From Chthoniobacteraceae bacterium (GTDB taxonomy: Bacteria; Verrucomicrobiota; Verrucomicrobiia; Chthoniobacterales; Chthoniobacteraceae), in the NCBI GenBank assembly GCA_031409335.1, contig JANNWY010000266.1, forward strand, positions 1 to 20,179: DNA of 20,179 nt, in the 5' to 3' direction. Position numbers and translations under genes: made by a program. A model generated the notes under the pieces. That model was given only the letters and a program-made list of their open reading frames with translations. It was not told where the DNA came from and searched no databases. How positions within the stretch are numbered: position 1 is the first letter of the stretch; every line of letters begins with the position of its first letter. Below are positions 8,583 to 17,005 of the stretch, in pieces.

Positions 8583-8840
8583 GTTTGCGCGGGGGTGAAT
8601 GCGCAAAACGACTTCTGCTGTCGAGCGCCCATTTTTTCCCGGCCAAAACGACAACGCGACGGGGGCGGACGCGCGCCTCGCTTTCAAAAAAAATAGTGGC
8701 ACGCAGCCGTGGCTGGCGGAATGGCGAAAAAATAATTTGATCGAAATCGAAAGCAATGCTTGCCACAACGTCCCTTCGGAAAATATCACGTCCCCTAAAT
8801 GCCAACCCCATTTTCAAGCTGCTTCCGACCAATACTCCCA

Positions 8841-11800
8841 ATGAACCGCCCAAACCAAGCTCGCATCACCGCCCAAAAAATCGCACCCCGAACCACGAAG
8901 GGAAGACCCGTCAGGCTGCTGGCATCGTCCATCGCGGCACTGTGCGGCCTGGCGTTCGTGCCGGGGTCGAGTCTTGCGCAAACGTGGAACGCGGTGCCTG
9001 CCAGCAATAACTGGAACAGCGCGCCAAATTGGACACCGGCGAACATTCCGGATGCGAGCGGAGAGACCGCGACCTTCGGAGCTTCCACCATCACCAATCC
9101 CACGGTGACTTCGGTGATCACGATCAGCGGGATCATTTTCAATGCCGCGGCGCCCGCCTACACCATCGGCAACACGGCGGGGATCGCGATCGACGGCGCG
9201 GGCATCGTCAATGGTTCCGCCGCGCTGAAGACAATCAATACCGGGGCTGGGAGCACGTTGGATTTCTTCAACGCAGCGACTGCCGCGAACGCTGTCCTGA
9301 ACAACGTGGGCGGGTTTAGCGCACTGAGTTTCTTTGACAACTCGACCGCTGGCACGGCGACGATCAACAACCAGAACGCGAGTGCGTCGGTGAATTTTTT
9401 CGATTCCGCAACGCTCGGGACCGCGACGATCAACAACAGCGCATCCGGTTCGTTCCCGAGTGCGGTGGTGAGCTTTTTCGGCGGCACTGCGGGCGGCGGC
9501 ACGATCCTGAACAGCGGCAGCAATACGCAGACTCTCTTCAGCGGCACCAGCACGGCGGGAGCGGCGACGATCAACAACAGCGCGCTGGGAAGCTCGACGA
9601 TTTTTTCGCAGACTGCGACGGGAGGCACCGCGACCATTTCCAACAGCGGCGCGGACAGCTTCATCAATTTCAGCAACACCACCAGTGCCGGAAACGCCAC
9701 CCTCAATAACAGCGGCTCGGGTGGGCTGGTCGAATTCTTCAACGACTCGACCGCAGGCAACGCCATCGTGAACAACTCGAACGCGACGGGCATCATCAAT
9801 TTCCTCGATAACTCGACCGCCGGGGCGGCGACGATCAACAACAGTGGTGGCGGCGCTTTTCCGGCCGCGATCGTGGGCTTTTCCAATACATCCAAGGCTG
9901 GCACGGCGACGATCAACAACAGCGGGGCGAATACTCAGACATTCTTCAGCGACACCACGACGGCGCAGAGCGCGAGGATCAACAACACTGCCTCCGGCGC
10001 ATCGACGATTTTCATCGTGGGTTCCACCGCGGGAAATTCGCTCATCAACAATAGCGGCGCGGACTCGTTCACCAGCTTCAGCGGCACGAGCACGGCTGGC
10101 ACGGCGACCATCAACAACAGCGGCTCCGGCAGCCTCATCGAGTTCTTCGACACAGCGACGGGCGGCACGGCCATCCTGAACAACTCGAACGCGACAGCCG
10201 GCATCAACTTTTTGGACAACTCGACGGCGGGTGGCGCGACGATCAACAACAGTGGCGCAGGCGCGTTTCCGGCGGCGGTCGTGGCGTTTTTCAACACCTC
10301 GAGAGCCGGCACCGCGACGATCAACAACAGTGGCGGCAACACGCAGACACTTTTCAGCGACAGCGCGACCGCGTTGACGGCGCGGATCAACAATACCGGT
10401 AGCGCCGCATCGACGGTCTTTACCGTCAATGCCACCGCGGCGAACTCGCTCATCAACAATAGCGGCGCGGACACGTCCACCAGCTTCCGCGGCACCAGCA
10501 CGGCTGGCGCGGCGACCATCAATAACAGCGGCTCCGGCAGCCTCATCGAGTTCTTCGACACCACGACGGGAGGCACCGCCATCCTGAACAACTCGAACGC
10601 AACCGCCACCATCAACTTTTTGGACAACTCGACAGCGGGTGGCGCGACGATCAACAACAGCGGCGCGGGCGCATTTCCGGCGGCGGTCGTGGCGTTTTTC
10701 AACACGTCGAGAGCCGGCACCGCGACCATCAATAACAGCGGCAGCAATACGCAGACGCTCTTCAGTGACACCACGACCGCCAACACGGCGACCATTGCGA
10801 ACAGCGGCACCGGATCGTCCGTGCTCTTCAGCGTCGGTTCCACTGCGTCGAATGCGTTGGTCACCAATGGCGGTGCCGACAGTTTCACCAGCTTCATCGG
10901 CACCAGCCGGGCGGGCACGGCGCGCATCAATAACACCGGGTCCGGGAGCGTCATCGACTTCGCCGACACCGCGAGCGCCGCGCAAGCCGTGCTCACCAAC
11001 TCGAACGCGAGCGCGATCATCAATTTCCTGGACTCCTCCACAGCGAGCGGCGCGACGATCAACAATAACGCGTCGGGCGCATTCCCGAGTTCGCTGGTCG
11101 GATTCTTCAATTCATCAAAAGCGGGCACCGCGGCCATCAACAACAACGGTGACAACACGCAGACGCTCTTCAGCGACAACAGCAACGCCGAAAGCGCGGT
11201 GATCAACAACGGCGGCCTGGGAAGTTCGACGCTCTTCGTCGTGAACGCGACCGCGGCGAACTCGACGATTACCAATGCCGGGACGGACAGCTTCACCTCG
11301 TTCAACGGAACGAGCACCGCGGCAAATGCCACGATCAACAACACTGGCCCGAACAGCGCCATCAACTTTCTCGATAATTCCGTGGCTGCGACTGCGACGC
11401 TGGTGAATTCAGGGAACGGCGCGCGGATACTTTTTGGGGATAACACGACCGCCGGAGCCGCCACGCTCACCAACAGCGGCGCGAACAGTGGGACAGCCTT
11501 CAGCGGCAATGCCTCGGGCGGCACCGCTCGCCTGATCAACGCGAACGCCACGTCCTTCATCGACATTTCGCAACTCACCGCCGCGGGCACGACCGCTGGA
11601 TCGATCGAGGGGAACGGCAGCTTGTTCCTCGGCTCGAAGAAGCTCACCGTCGGCAGCATCAATGTGACGACCACCTTCGCCGGCGACATCAACGACGGCG
11701 GAATCGGTGGCGGCACCGGCGGCATGATCGAAAAAGTCGGCACCGGCGCGCTCACGCTCTCGGGCGCGAACACCTTCTCCGGCGGCACCACGCTGCAAGC

Positions 11801-13343
11801 TGGCTCGATCATCGTTGCCAGCGCCCAGGCGCTTGGCAACGGCAGCTTCACGCTCACCGACGGCACGCTCGCCGCCAGCGGTGCCACTCGCGACATCAAT
11901 GTCCGCGGCGACTTCACGCAGACCGGCGGCACCATCGCATTCCGGGTCGGCGGCGCGGCGGTCGGGCAATTCGACCGGCTCGCCGTCACGGGAAGGGCAA
12001 CGCTCGGCGGACGGCTCAGCGTGCAGGCGATCAACGGCTTCAATCCGCAGGCGGACAATCGTTTCTTCGTCGTCACCGCGGCAGGCGGAGTGGCGGGCCA
12101 GTTCGCGCAATTCGATGACAATCTCTCACCCGGCGCGCTCACCTTTGGCATCACCTACGATCCGAACAACGTCATCCTCGAAGTGCTCCAAGCCGCCTTC
12201 CTGCCCTTCGCGCAGACGCGGAATCAACGGGCGGTCGCCCAGGCGCTCGACCAAGTCGTGGCCGATCCGAACGCCCTCAATCTCGTGTCCTTCCTCGACA
12301 CCCTCCCAGCCAGCGCGCTCCCGGCGGCATTTGATCTCATCGCGCCGGAAGAATTCGGAGCGCTGTTTGAAATCTCCCGCTCTGCCGCGAAAATTCAGGC
12401 ATTCACGGTGCAGCGCCGGTTGGATGAAATCCACGCCTCGGTCGGTTTGCCGATGGTGGGTGCGTATGAAGCCGATGGCAAGACGATGGCCGATCCGAAG
12501 GATGGGAAAACGATGGCCGCTGCTCCAAGCCGTTTCGGAGTTTTCGCAAATGGGAATGGCGAATTTGTGCGAGTCGGCAGCACCGCGAACGCGCGCGGCT
12601 ACGACTTCGATTCCGGCGGATTCACCCTCGGCCTCGACTACCGCTTCTCGGATCATTTCGTGGCAGGCGTGCTCTTCAACTACACCCGCGCGGATGCCGA
12701 ATTGACCGGCAATGGCAGCATCGAATCCGACGCTCTCCGCGCTGGAGTCTATGCCAGCGTTTTCGGCGGCGGCGCACACTTCAATGCCTACATCGGTGGC
12801 GGTGCAAACGACTACGACACCCGTCGCGCCGGCCTCGGCGGCACCGCTCGCGGCAGTATGGATGGCAGCGAGTTCAACCTCTATCTGTCCGCCGGTTACG
12901 ACAAACGCATTGGCAGCCTCACCGTCGGCCCGATCGCTTCGTATGCCTATACTTCGACCGACGTGGATTCCTTCAGCGAGCGCGGCTCGCTCGCCCCTCT
13001 GCGCGTCGCTTCGCTCGATGGGCAAACCAGCCGCACGAATCTCGGCGCGCGCGCCAGTTTCGACTGGCACATCGGCAGCGTCGTGCTCGTCCCGGAAGTC
13101 CGCGCGTCATGGCAGCATGAGTTCGGCGACGTCGAGCAATCCGTCGATGCGCGGCTCGCCCTCGGCGGTCCAGGCTTCACGACCTACAGCTCCCGCGTCG
13201 GGCGCGACAGCTTCCAGCTCTCCGCCGGCTTCTCACTCCAGATCACGCCCGACCTCGCCGCCTACGCCTACTACGATGGCGAACTCGGACGCACCAACTA
13301 CGATGCGCACAACATCGTCGGCGGCGTCCGCGCCAGCTTTTAG
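8841..13343 (+). CDS. Type Va autotransporter with repetitive beta-helical passenger (probable adhesin)
   Basis: Long signal peptide ending SSLA|Q; WNAVPASNNWNSAPNW N-terminal motif; about 34 Gly/Asn/Ser/Thr-rich repeats; PATR repeat EKVGTGALTLSGANTFSGGTTLQAG; C-terminal barrel ending GGVRASF. Start could be 8799 or 8841. Confidence 0.92.
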   Translation: MNRPNQARITAQKIAPRTTKGRPVRLLASSIAALCGLAFVPGSSLAQTWNAVPASNNWNSAPNWTPANIPDASGETATFGASTITNPTVTSVITISGIIFNAAAPAYTIGNTAGIAIDGAGIVNGSAALKTINTGAGSTLDFFNAATAANAVLNNVGGFSALSFFDNSTAGTATINNQNASASVNFFDSATLGTATINNSASGSFPSAVVSFFGGTAGGGTILNSGSNTQTLFSGTSTAGAATINNSALGSSTIFSQTATGGTATISNSGADSFINFSNTTSAGNATLNNSGSGGLVEFFNDSTAGNAIVNNSNATGIINFLDNSTAGAATINNSGGGAFPAAIVGFSNTSKAGTATINNSGANTQTFFSDTTTAQSARINNTASGASTIFIVGSTAGNSLINNSGADSFTSFSGTSTAGTATINNSGSGSLIEFFDTATGGTAILNNSNATAGINFLDNSTAGGATINNSGAGAFPAAVVAFFNTSRAGTATINNSGGNTQTLFSDSATALTARINNTGSAASTVFTVNATAANSLINNSGADTSTSFRGTSTAGAATINNSGSGSLIEFFDTTTGGTAILNNSNATATINFLDNSTAGGATINNSGAGAFPAAVVAFFNTSRAGTATINNSGSNTQTLFSDTTTANTATIANSGTGSSVLFSVGSTASNALVTNGGADSFTSFIGTSRAGTARINNTGSGSVIDFADTASAAQAVLTNSNASAIINFLDSSTASGATINNNASGAFPSSLVGFFNSSKAGTAAINNNGDNTQTLFSDNSNAESAVINNGGLGSSTLFVVNATAANSTITNAGTDSFTSFNGTSTAANATINNTGPNSAINFLDNSVAATATLVNSGNGARILFGDNTTAGAATLTNSGANSGTAFSGNASGGTARLINANATSFIDISQLTAAGTTAGSIEGNGSLFLGSKKLTVGSINVTTTFAGDINDGGIGGGTGGMIEKVGTGALTLSGANTFSGGTTLQAGSIIVASAQALGNGSFTLTDGTLAASGATRDINVRGDFTQTGGTIAFRVGGAAVGQFDRLAVTGRATLGGRLSVQAINGFNPQADNRFFVVTAAGGVAGQFAQFDDNLSPGALTFGITYDPNNVILEVLQAAFLPFAQTRNQRAVAQALDQVVADPNALNLVSFLDTLPASALPAAFDLIAPEEFGALFEISRSAAKIQAFTVQRRLDEIHASVGLPMVGAYEADGKTMADPKDGKTMAAAPSRFGVFANGNGEFVRVGSTANARGYDFDSGGFTLGLDYRFSDHFVAGVLFNYTRADAELTGNGSIESDALRAGVYASVFGGGAHFNAYIGGGANDYDTRRAGLGGTARGSMDGSEFNLYLSAGYDKRIGSLTVGPIASYAYTSTDVDSFSERGSLAPLRVASLDGQTSRTNLGARASFDWHIGSVVLVPEVRASWQHEFGDVEQSVDARLALGGPGFTTYSSRVGRDSFQLSAGFSLQITPDLAAYAYYDGELGRTNYDAHNIVGGVRASF
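9264..11565 (+). repeat. Coding repeat array: 66-bp units grouped in 408-bp hexamers
   Basis: 22-aa units FxxxSTAGxATINNSGxxxxxx. Every sixth unit is 26 aa and contains FP; the Phe codons are at 9453, 9858, 10266, 10674 and 11082. Confidence 0.92.
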
Positions 13344-13421
13344 CAAGACTGCGCGCAAGTTGCCGAGCCCGGAAAGGTCAGTTTGGCGCGTGAGCGTGCA
13401 TGACCGTGCCAGCGGCGTTTC

Positions 13422-14261
13422 ATGAACCGTCTTCACAAGACTTCACTCCAGTTCATTGGCGTCAGCGTCATTGCGCTGGTCTCACTTTCGCGCCACGCCG
13501 GGGCGCAGGAGCACGCGCCGCTCGCGCCGCCGCTCTATCAGCGCATCGTGATGCTTGGCGCGAGCGCCACCGCGGGCTTCCACGAATCTGAACCGCTCGG
13601 TGGTCCAAAAACCCCGCAATACCACTTCGCAAACTACATCGAAGCAGCGCTGATCGGCACCCACCAACCGGTGACGACACAGGCGACGTCGCTTCTATTT
13701 CTCCAGCCGGAGGAAACGATGAAAAAACAAATCACGGCAACGCTCGCTGCGAAGCCAACACTGGTCATCGGGATCGATGCCATGTTCTGGTTTTGCTACG
13801 GAGCCGGTTTGAACGAGGAACAGCGGGCGACTCGCTTCGAAGCGGGTTTGAAGGAGTTGGAGCGCATCGAAGTCCCGCTGATCGTGGGCGACATTCCCGA
13901 TGCCTCGCAGGCCGTGGGAGGAATCCTGAGCAAGGCGGAATTGCCCGAGCCGCGCGCCATCGCGCGTTGCAATGAGCGGCTGACGGCGTGGGCAGCCGGT
14001 CGGAAAAATGTGTCCGTCTTTCCCATCGCACGAGTGATGACATCGGCGGCTGCGAACGAGGAGGTCATCCTGGCCGGCCACACGTGGGCGGCGGGAAAAT
14101 CCTCCGCGCTGATCCGCGACGATCGTCTTCACCCATCGCGCCACGCCCTCGCGGCGCTTGCCATCGCAACGCTGGATGCGGCGGGCGCATCGCTGCCGCT
14201 GTGCCGGGATTTGGAAACGGTGTATGCCGCCGGTCTCGAGCGCGGCGCGGTGCGAAAGTAG
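13422..14261 (+). CDS. Secreted SGNH/GDSL-like hydrolase
   Basis: Signal peptide ending AGA|Q; block I-like RIVMLGASAT; block V DDRLHPS. Confidence 0.7.
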   Translation: MNRLHKTSLQFIGVSVIALVSLSRHAGAQEHAPLAPPLYQRIVMLGASATAGFHESEPLGGPKTPQYHFANYIEAALIGTHQPVTTQATSLLFLQPEETMKKQITATLAAKPTLVIGIDAMFWFCYGAGLNEEQRATRFEAGLKELERIEVPLIVGDIPDASQAVGGILSKAELPEPRAIARCNERLTAWAAGRKNVSVFPIARVMTSAAANEEVILAGHTWAAGKSSALIRDDRLHPSRHALAALAIATLDAAGASLPLCRDLETVYAAGLERGAVRK

Positions 14262-14313
14262 CCCCGACTTTAGTCGCCTCACGCGAGGCCGCGTTTTTGT
14301 TCGACTAAAGTCG
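14258..14313. repeat. GTAG-type REP-like inverted pair between convergent genes
   Basis: GTAGccc-CGACTTTAGTCG (14265-14276) and its exact reverse complement CGACTAAAGTCG (14302-14313), with inner hairpin GCCTC-acgc-GAGGC. Confidence 0.7.
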
Positions 14314-14323
14314 CGACGATTGT

Positions 14324-15427
14324 TCACGGCGCGAAAAAATCCGCGATCGCCTCCGCTGCCTCCGGCACAGCGGCGCGGAAATCTTCGCCGACAAACTTCG
14401 CGATCGTCGCCGCGATCTGCGCCTGCACGACCGGCTCGACGTGCTCGCGTTCACCGCGCCCCGGCGTGTCGGGGCCGAGCGCGGCGACCCACCATTCGCG
14501 GGATTCCACGATGGCTTTCCCGTGGGTCTTCCAATTCTCCAAACCGCTGCCCCGCCCGTGATCGGTGGTGAGCAGCAGCGTCGTGGTGTCGCGATATTCG
14601 GGCATCGTCTGCATCGTTTCCCAAAGCTCGCGGATGAAGCGATCCACGTTCACGATCGACGCGAGATAGTTGTCATAGCGGCCCGCGTGCGCCCACTCGT
14701 CGTTCTCGCCGAAGTTCACGTAAAGCACGCGCGGCTTTTTCTGCACGAGGTATTCCTTCGCGGCCTGGAAGGTGAACACGTCGAATGACTCCTCGCGCCA
14801 CGGCCACGGATGGGTCGCGAGCATTTCCTCCACTAGCCGCTGCACCGGCCCGCCGACACCGGGTGGCGAAGTATCGCCCTGCGTCCAGATCGGCAGCCCG
14901 CTGCGTTCGCGATTCAGGATCGCGGATAAAATGCCCCACGTATTGTAAGCTGCGACCCTTCCCGCAAAGCCGGGGCGTCCATGGAGAAATTCGAGCACGT
15001 TGAGGTTCGGATTCGGGATCGGATCATTCGTCGTGATGCGCGCATCGTCCGCGCGACCGCACAGAAATTCGCTGTAGCCCGGATACGAAAAATTGAACGT
15101 GTTCGTCACATGCCCGTCGCTGCCCTTGTCGCGATTGCCAAAGATCTGCCCGCGCTTCGCGATCGCGCCCCACATGAATGGCATCAGCACCGTGCGGCGT
15201 TCCTCCGGCGTAGCGTGCCAGTATTTTTTGCGCACCGCATTCAGCGCCGCCGGCGCAATGCCACCATTCTCCTTTGTCAGCAGCGCTTCCTCCGCTCCGC
15301 GAAAAAGCTCCTGCCAGCGCAAGCCATCGGTGGAAATAAAGAGAACGTTGCGGGTCTTCAGCTCGGCCGCATCGAGCGCGAACGCAGCGACGAAAGTGAC
15401 GAGGAATAGCAGTGGCGGAAAACGCAT
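14324..15427 (-). CDS. Secreted alkaline phosphatase superfamily protein (phosphodiesterase/phosphoglyceromutase-like)
   Basis: Signal peptide; metal-site motifs ISTDGLRWQE, FSYPGYSE, DEWAH and TTDHGRG. Confidence 0.85.
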   Translation of the reverse strand: MRFPPLLFLVTFVAAFALDAAELKTRNVLFISTDGLRWQELFRGAEEALLTKENGGIAPAALNAVRKKYWHATPEERRTVLMPFMWGAIAKRGQIFGNRDKGSDGHVTNTFNFSYPGYSEFLCGRADDARITTNDPIPNPNLNVLEFLHGRPGFAGRVAAYNTWGILSAILNRERSGLPIWTQGDTSPPGVGGPVQRLVEEMLATHPWPWREESFDVFTFQAAKEYLVQKKPRVLYVNFGENDEWAHAGRYDNYLASIVNVDRFIRELWETMQTMPEYRDTTTLLLTTDHGRGSGLENWKTHGKAIVESREWWVAALGPDTPGRGEREHVEPVVQAQIAATIAKFVGEDFRAAVPEAAEAIADFFAP

Positions 15428-15432
15428 TGGGC

Positions 15433-15461
15433 ATTGTTCGGGATTTGCGCCGCCAAAGCAA
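15433..15461 (-). promoter_or_regulatory. Candidate leaderless promoter of the phosphatase gene
   Basis: TTGCTT-N17-AACAAT, 5 nt before ATG. Confidence 0.4.
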
Positions 15462-15651
15462 GCGCGCTATCGACGCCGTCCTCCATTCGCCAAGCTCGGT
15501 GCATGGGAGTTAAAATCAGAACCAAACAAAATCCTCCTCATCCGCGATTTCCGCGTCCTCCGAGGCAATCTCCCCCGCCACCATTGGGTTGCCCGATGCG
15601 TTGGGCACGACAGTGATCACGACCAAGTGATTCTTGATCAGTTTCCGATCG

Positions 15652-15689
15652 GGAACCGCTGCACGCGGACTCGGCGCAGTGCCGGTTCC
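15652..15689 (-). terminator. Hairpin downstream of rpsT
   Basis: GGAACCG...CGGTTCC arms 9 bp after the rpsT stop; no U-tract. Confidence 0.35.
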
Positions 15690-15698
15690 TTGCGCGCG

Positions 15699-15962
15699 TT
15701 ACTTGAGCGCGGCGAGAGCACGCGCGAGGCGGCTCTTGTGACGGCTGGCTGCATTTTTGTGAATGCGTCCCGTCTTGACGGCCTTGTCCGCTTTCGACGT
15801 GAAAGACTTCGCCAGCGTCTGCGCGTCGGCCTTCTTGCCGGTCTTGATCGCGGCGCGCACTTCCTTGAGCGAGCTTTTCACCGCGGTCAACGCGCGGCGA
15901 TTGGTGAGGGTGCGGCTCCCGGTCTGGCGGGCGCGTTTTGCTGCGGATTTAGTATTGGCCAT
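15699..15962 (-). CDS. rpsT: 30S ribosomal protein S20
   Basis: MANTKSAAKRARQ...DKAVKTGRIHKNAASRHKSRL. Confidence 0.98.
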   Translation of the reverse strand: MANTKSAAKRARQTGSRTLTNRRALTAVKSSLKEVRAAIKTGKKADAQTLAKSFTSKADKAVKTGRIHKNAASRHKSRLARALAALK

Positions 15963-15969
15963 CTGTTTG

Positions 15970-15997
15970 TTTGGTATTTGGTATTTGGAACTTGGAA
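15970..15997. repeat. Heptamer tandem x4 (TTTGGTA, TTTGGTA, TTTGGAA, CTTGGAA)
   Basis: Directly visible between tRNA(CAT) and the rpsT start. Confidence 0.8.
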
Positions 15998-16010
15998 TCT
16001 CCCGAAAGGG

Positions 16011-16082
16011 TACCAGGGGGGAGAATTGAACTCCCGACCAAGGGCTTATGAGTCCCCTGCTCTACCTCTGAGCTACCCTGGC
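16011..16082 (-). tRNA. tRNA with CAT anticodon (Ile2 or elongator Met); CCA not encoded
   Basis: GCCAGGG TA GCTC AGAGGTA GAGC A GGGGA CTCATAA GCCCT TGGTC GGGAG TTCAATT CTCCC CCCTGGT A folds as a cloverleaf. It lacks the initiator C1:A72 mismatch. Confidence 0.93.
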
Positions 16083-16094
16083 TAAAGGGCGGCG

Positions 16095-16122
16095 AACGTA
16101 GCAAAGCATCTCAGGTGTTCAA
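16095..16122 (-). promoter_or_regulatory. Promoter for tRNA(CAT)-rpsT
   Basis: TTGAAC-N16-TACGTT with extended -10 TG and GC-rich discriminator CGCCGCCC. Confidence 0.55.
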
Positions 16123-16276
16123 GCGGAGAAATTGCGCAGCCACGGATGGCCCAGCAGGGAGAATTCCTGCCCGGAGAAAGCGTGGAGCCGCGCAGGCGGA
16201 AGCGCGTCGCGCGTCGTCGGCCGTGATGCTGGCACGCAGCGTTGACGGCGCGCTGTTTCGACCAGATCTCCCACGT

Positions 16277-16930
16277 TCACATGACTCGGCGCGTCCATCC
16301 TCCGGTGGCATATTTTTCCCGAGCGACTGTAGCAGCGGTGGAGCGAGTCCCGGCGGCCAATGGAACGGCGGTAGAGCGCGAAGAAAATACGCGGATGAGC
16401 GCAGCCGAAAGGTGCGTGGCGTCATCGCTCGTTTGGATGCTGCCCTGATGGAGCAGTCCGTATTTCGCGCGGCGCTGGGCTCCACCGGCCACTTTGCGAT
16501 TTGCGATCAGCACGTCGTGCTGGACGGGGTTTGCAAAACACGACGCGGAAACTCCCGGCGCGGTCGCGATGGCGAGCGAGGAGTTGCCGATGGCTTGCGC
16601 CACGCATTCGTGGATTGCGCGATAACTTTCACCCGGACTCGCTCGGGAGAAGGGCTCCGAGCGAGGCACGATGAGCGAGAATGTGAAATCCTCGCCATGC
16701 GGGACGATCCCGCCGCCAGTCCAGCGACGCACGATGTCGCGACCCGCCGCGATCTCAGCCGCTTCGCTCCATTTGCCAAAGTATCCGAAGGAGAGCGCCG
16801 GACGCGCCCATCGGTAAATGCGGAGCGTGGGCTGGGTCGCCGTGCGCAGCAGCGTTTCGTCGATCGCCATGTTCAGCGCGGCGTCGTGAGGCTCGTCGTC
16901 GAGCACCGTTGTCATGTCGTCAAAAATCAC
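16277..16930 (-). CDS. Lipoate-protein ligase A family (short LipM/LplA-like)
   Basis: Motifs NMAIDETLL, LRIYRWARPALSFGYF, VRRWTGGGIVPH, KVAGGAQRR and LHQGSI. Confidence 0.9.
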   Translation of the reverse strand: MIFDDMTTVLDDEPHDAALNMAIDETLLRTATQPTLRIYRWARPALSFGYFGKWSEAAEIAAGRDIVRRWTGGGIVPHGEDFTFSLIVPRSEPFSRASPGESYRAIHECVAQAIGNSSLAIATAPGVSASCFANPVQHDVLIANRKVAGGAQRRAKYGLLHQGSIQTSDDATHLSAALIRVFSSRSTAVPLAAGTRSTAATVAREKYATGGWTRRVM

Positions 16931-16936
16931 GCGAAA

Positions 16937-16997
16937 AAACTAATTCGTGGCGGAATGCGGCGGCAATGTTGCCTTTCGCAAAAGCGCCCGATAGTTT
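16937..16997. promoter_or_regulatory. Back-to-back divergent promoters for the lplA-like gene and parB
   Basis: Plus: TTGCCT(16969)-N17-TAGTTT-8nt-ATG. Minus: TTGCCG(16966)-N18-TAGTTT-6nt-GTG. Confidence 0.55.
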
Positions 16998-17005
16998 TTC
17001 TCACT

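Noticed and set aside
9264..11565. Repeat array as CRISPR
   Set aside because: Repeats are in-frame, degenerate at wobble positions and lack unique spacers; no cas genes.
8814..12154. 723-aa and 739-aa minus-strand ORFs
   Set aside because: Antisense shadows of the repetitive GC-rich autotransporter.
16011..16082. Initiator tRNA-fMet
   Set aside because: No C1:A72 mismatch and no three G-C pairs at positions 29-31/39-41.
15093..16085. 330-aa plus-strand ORF
   Set aside because: Antisense to the phosphatase, rpsT and the tRNA.
16115..17005. 595-aa ParB fusion
   Set aside because: The extension is antisense to the lipoate ligase gene; ParB begins at 17006.
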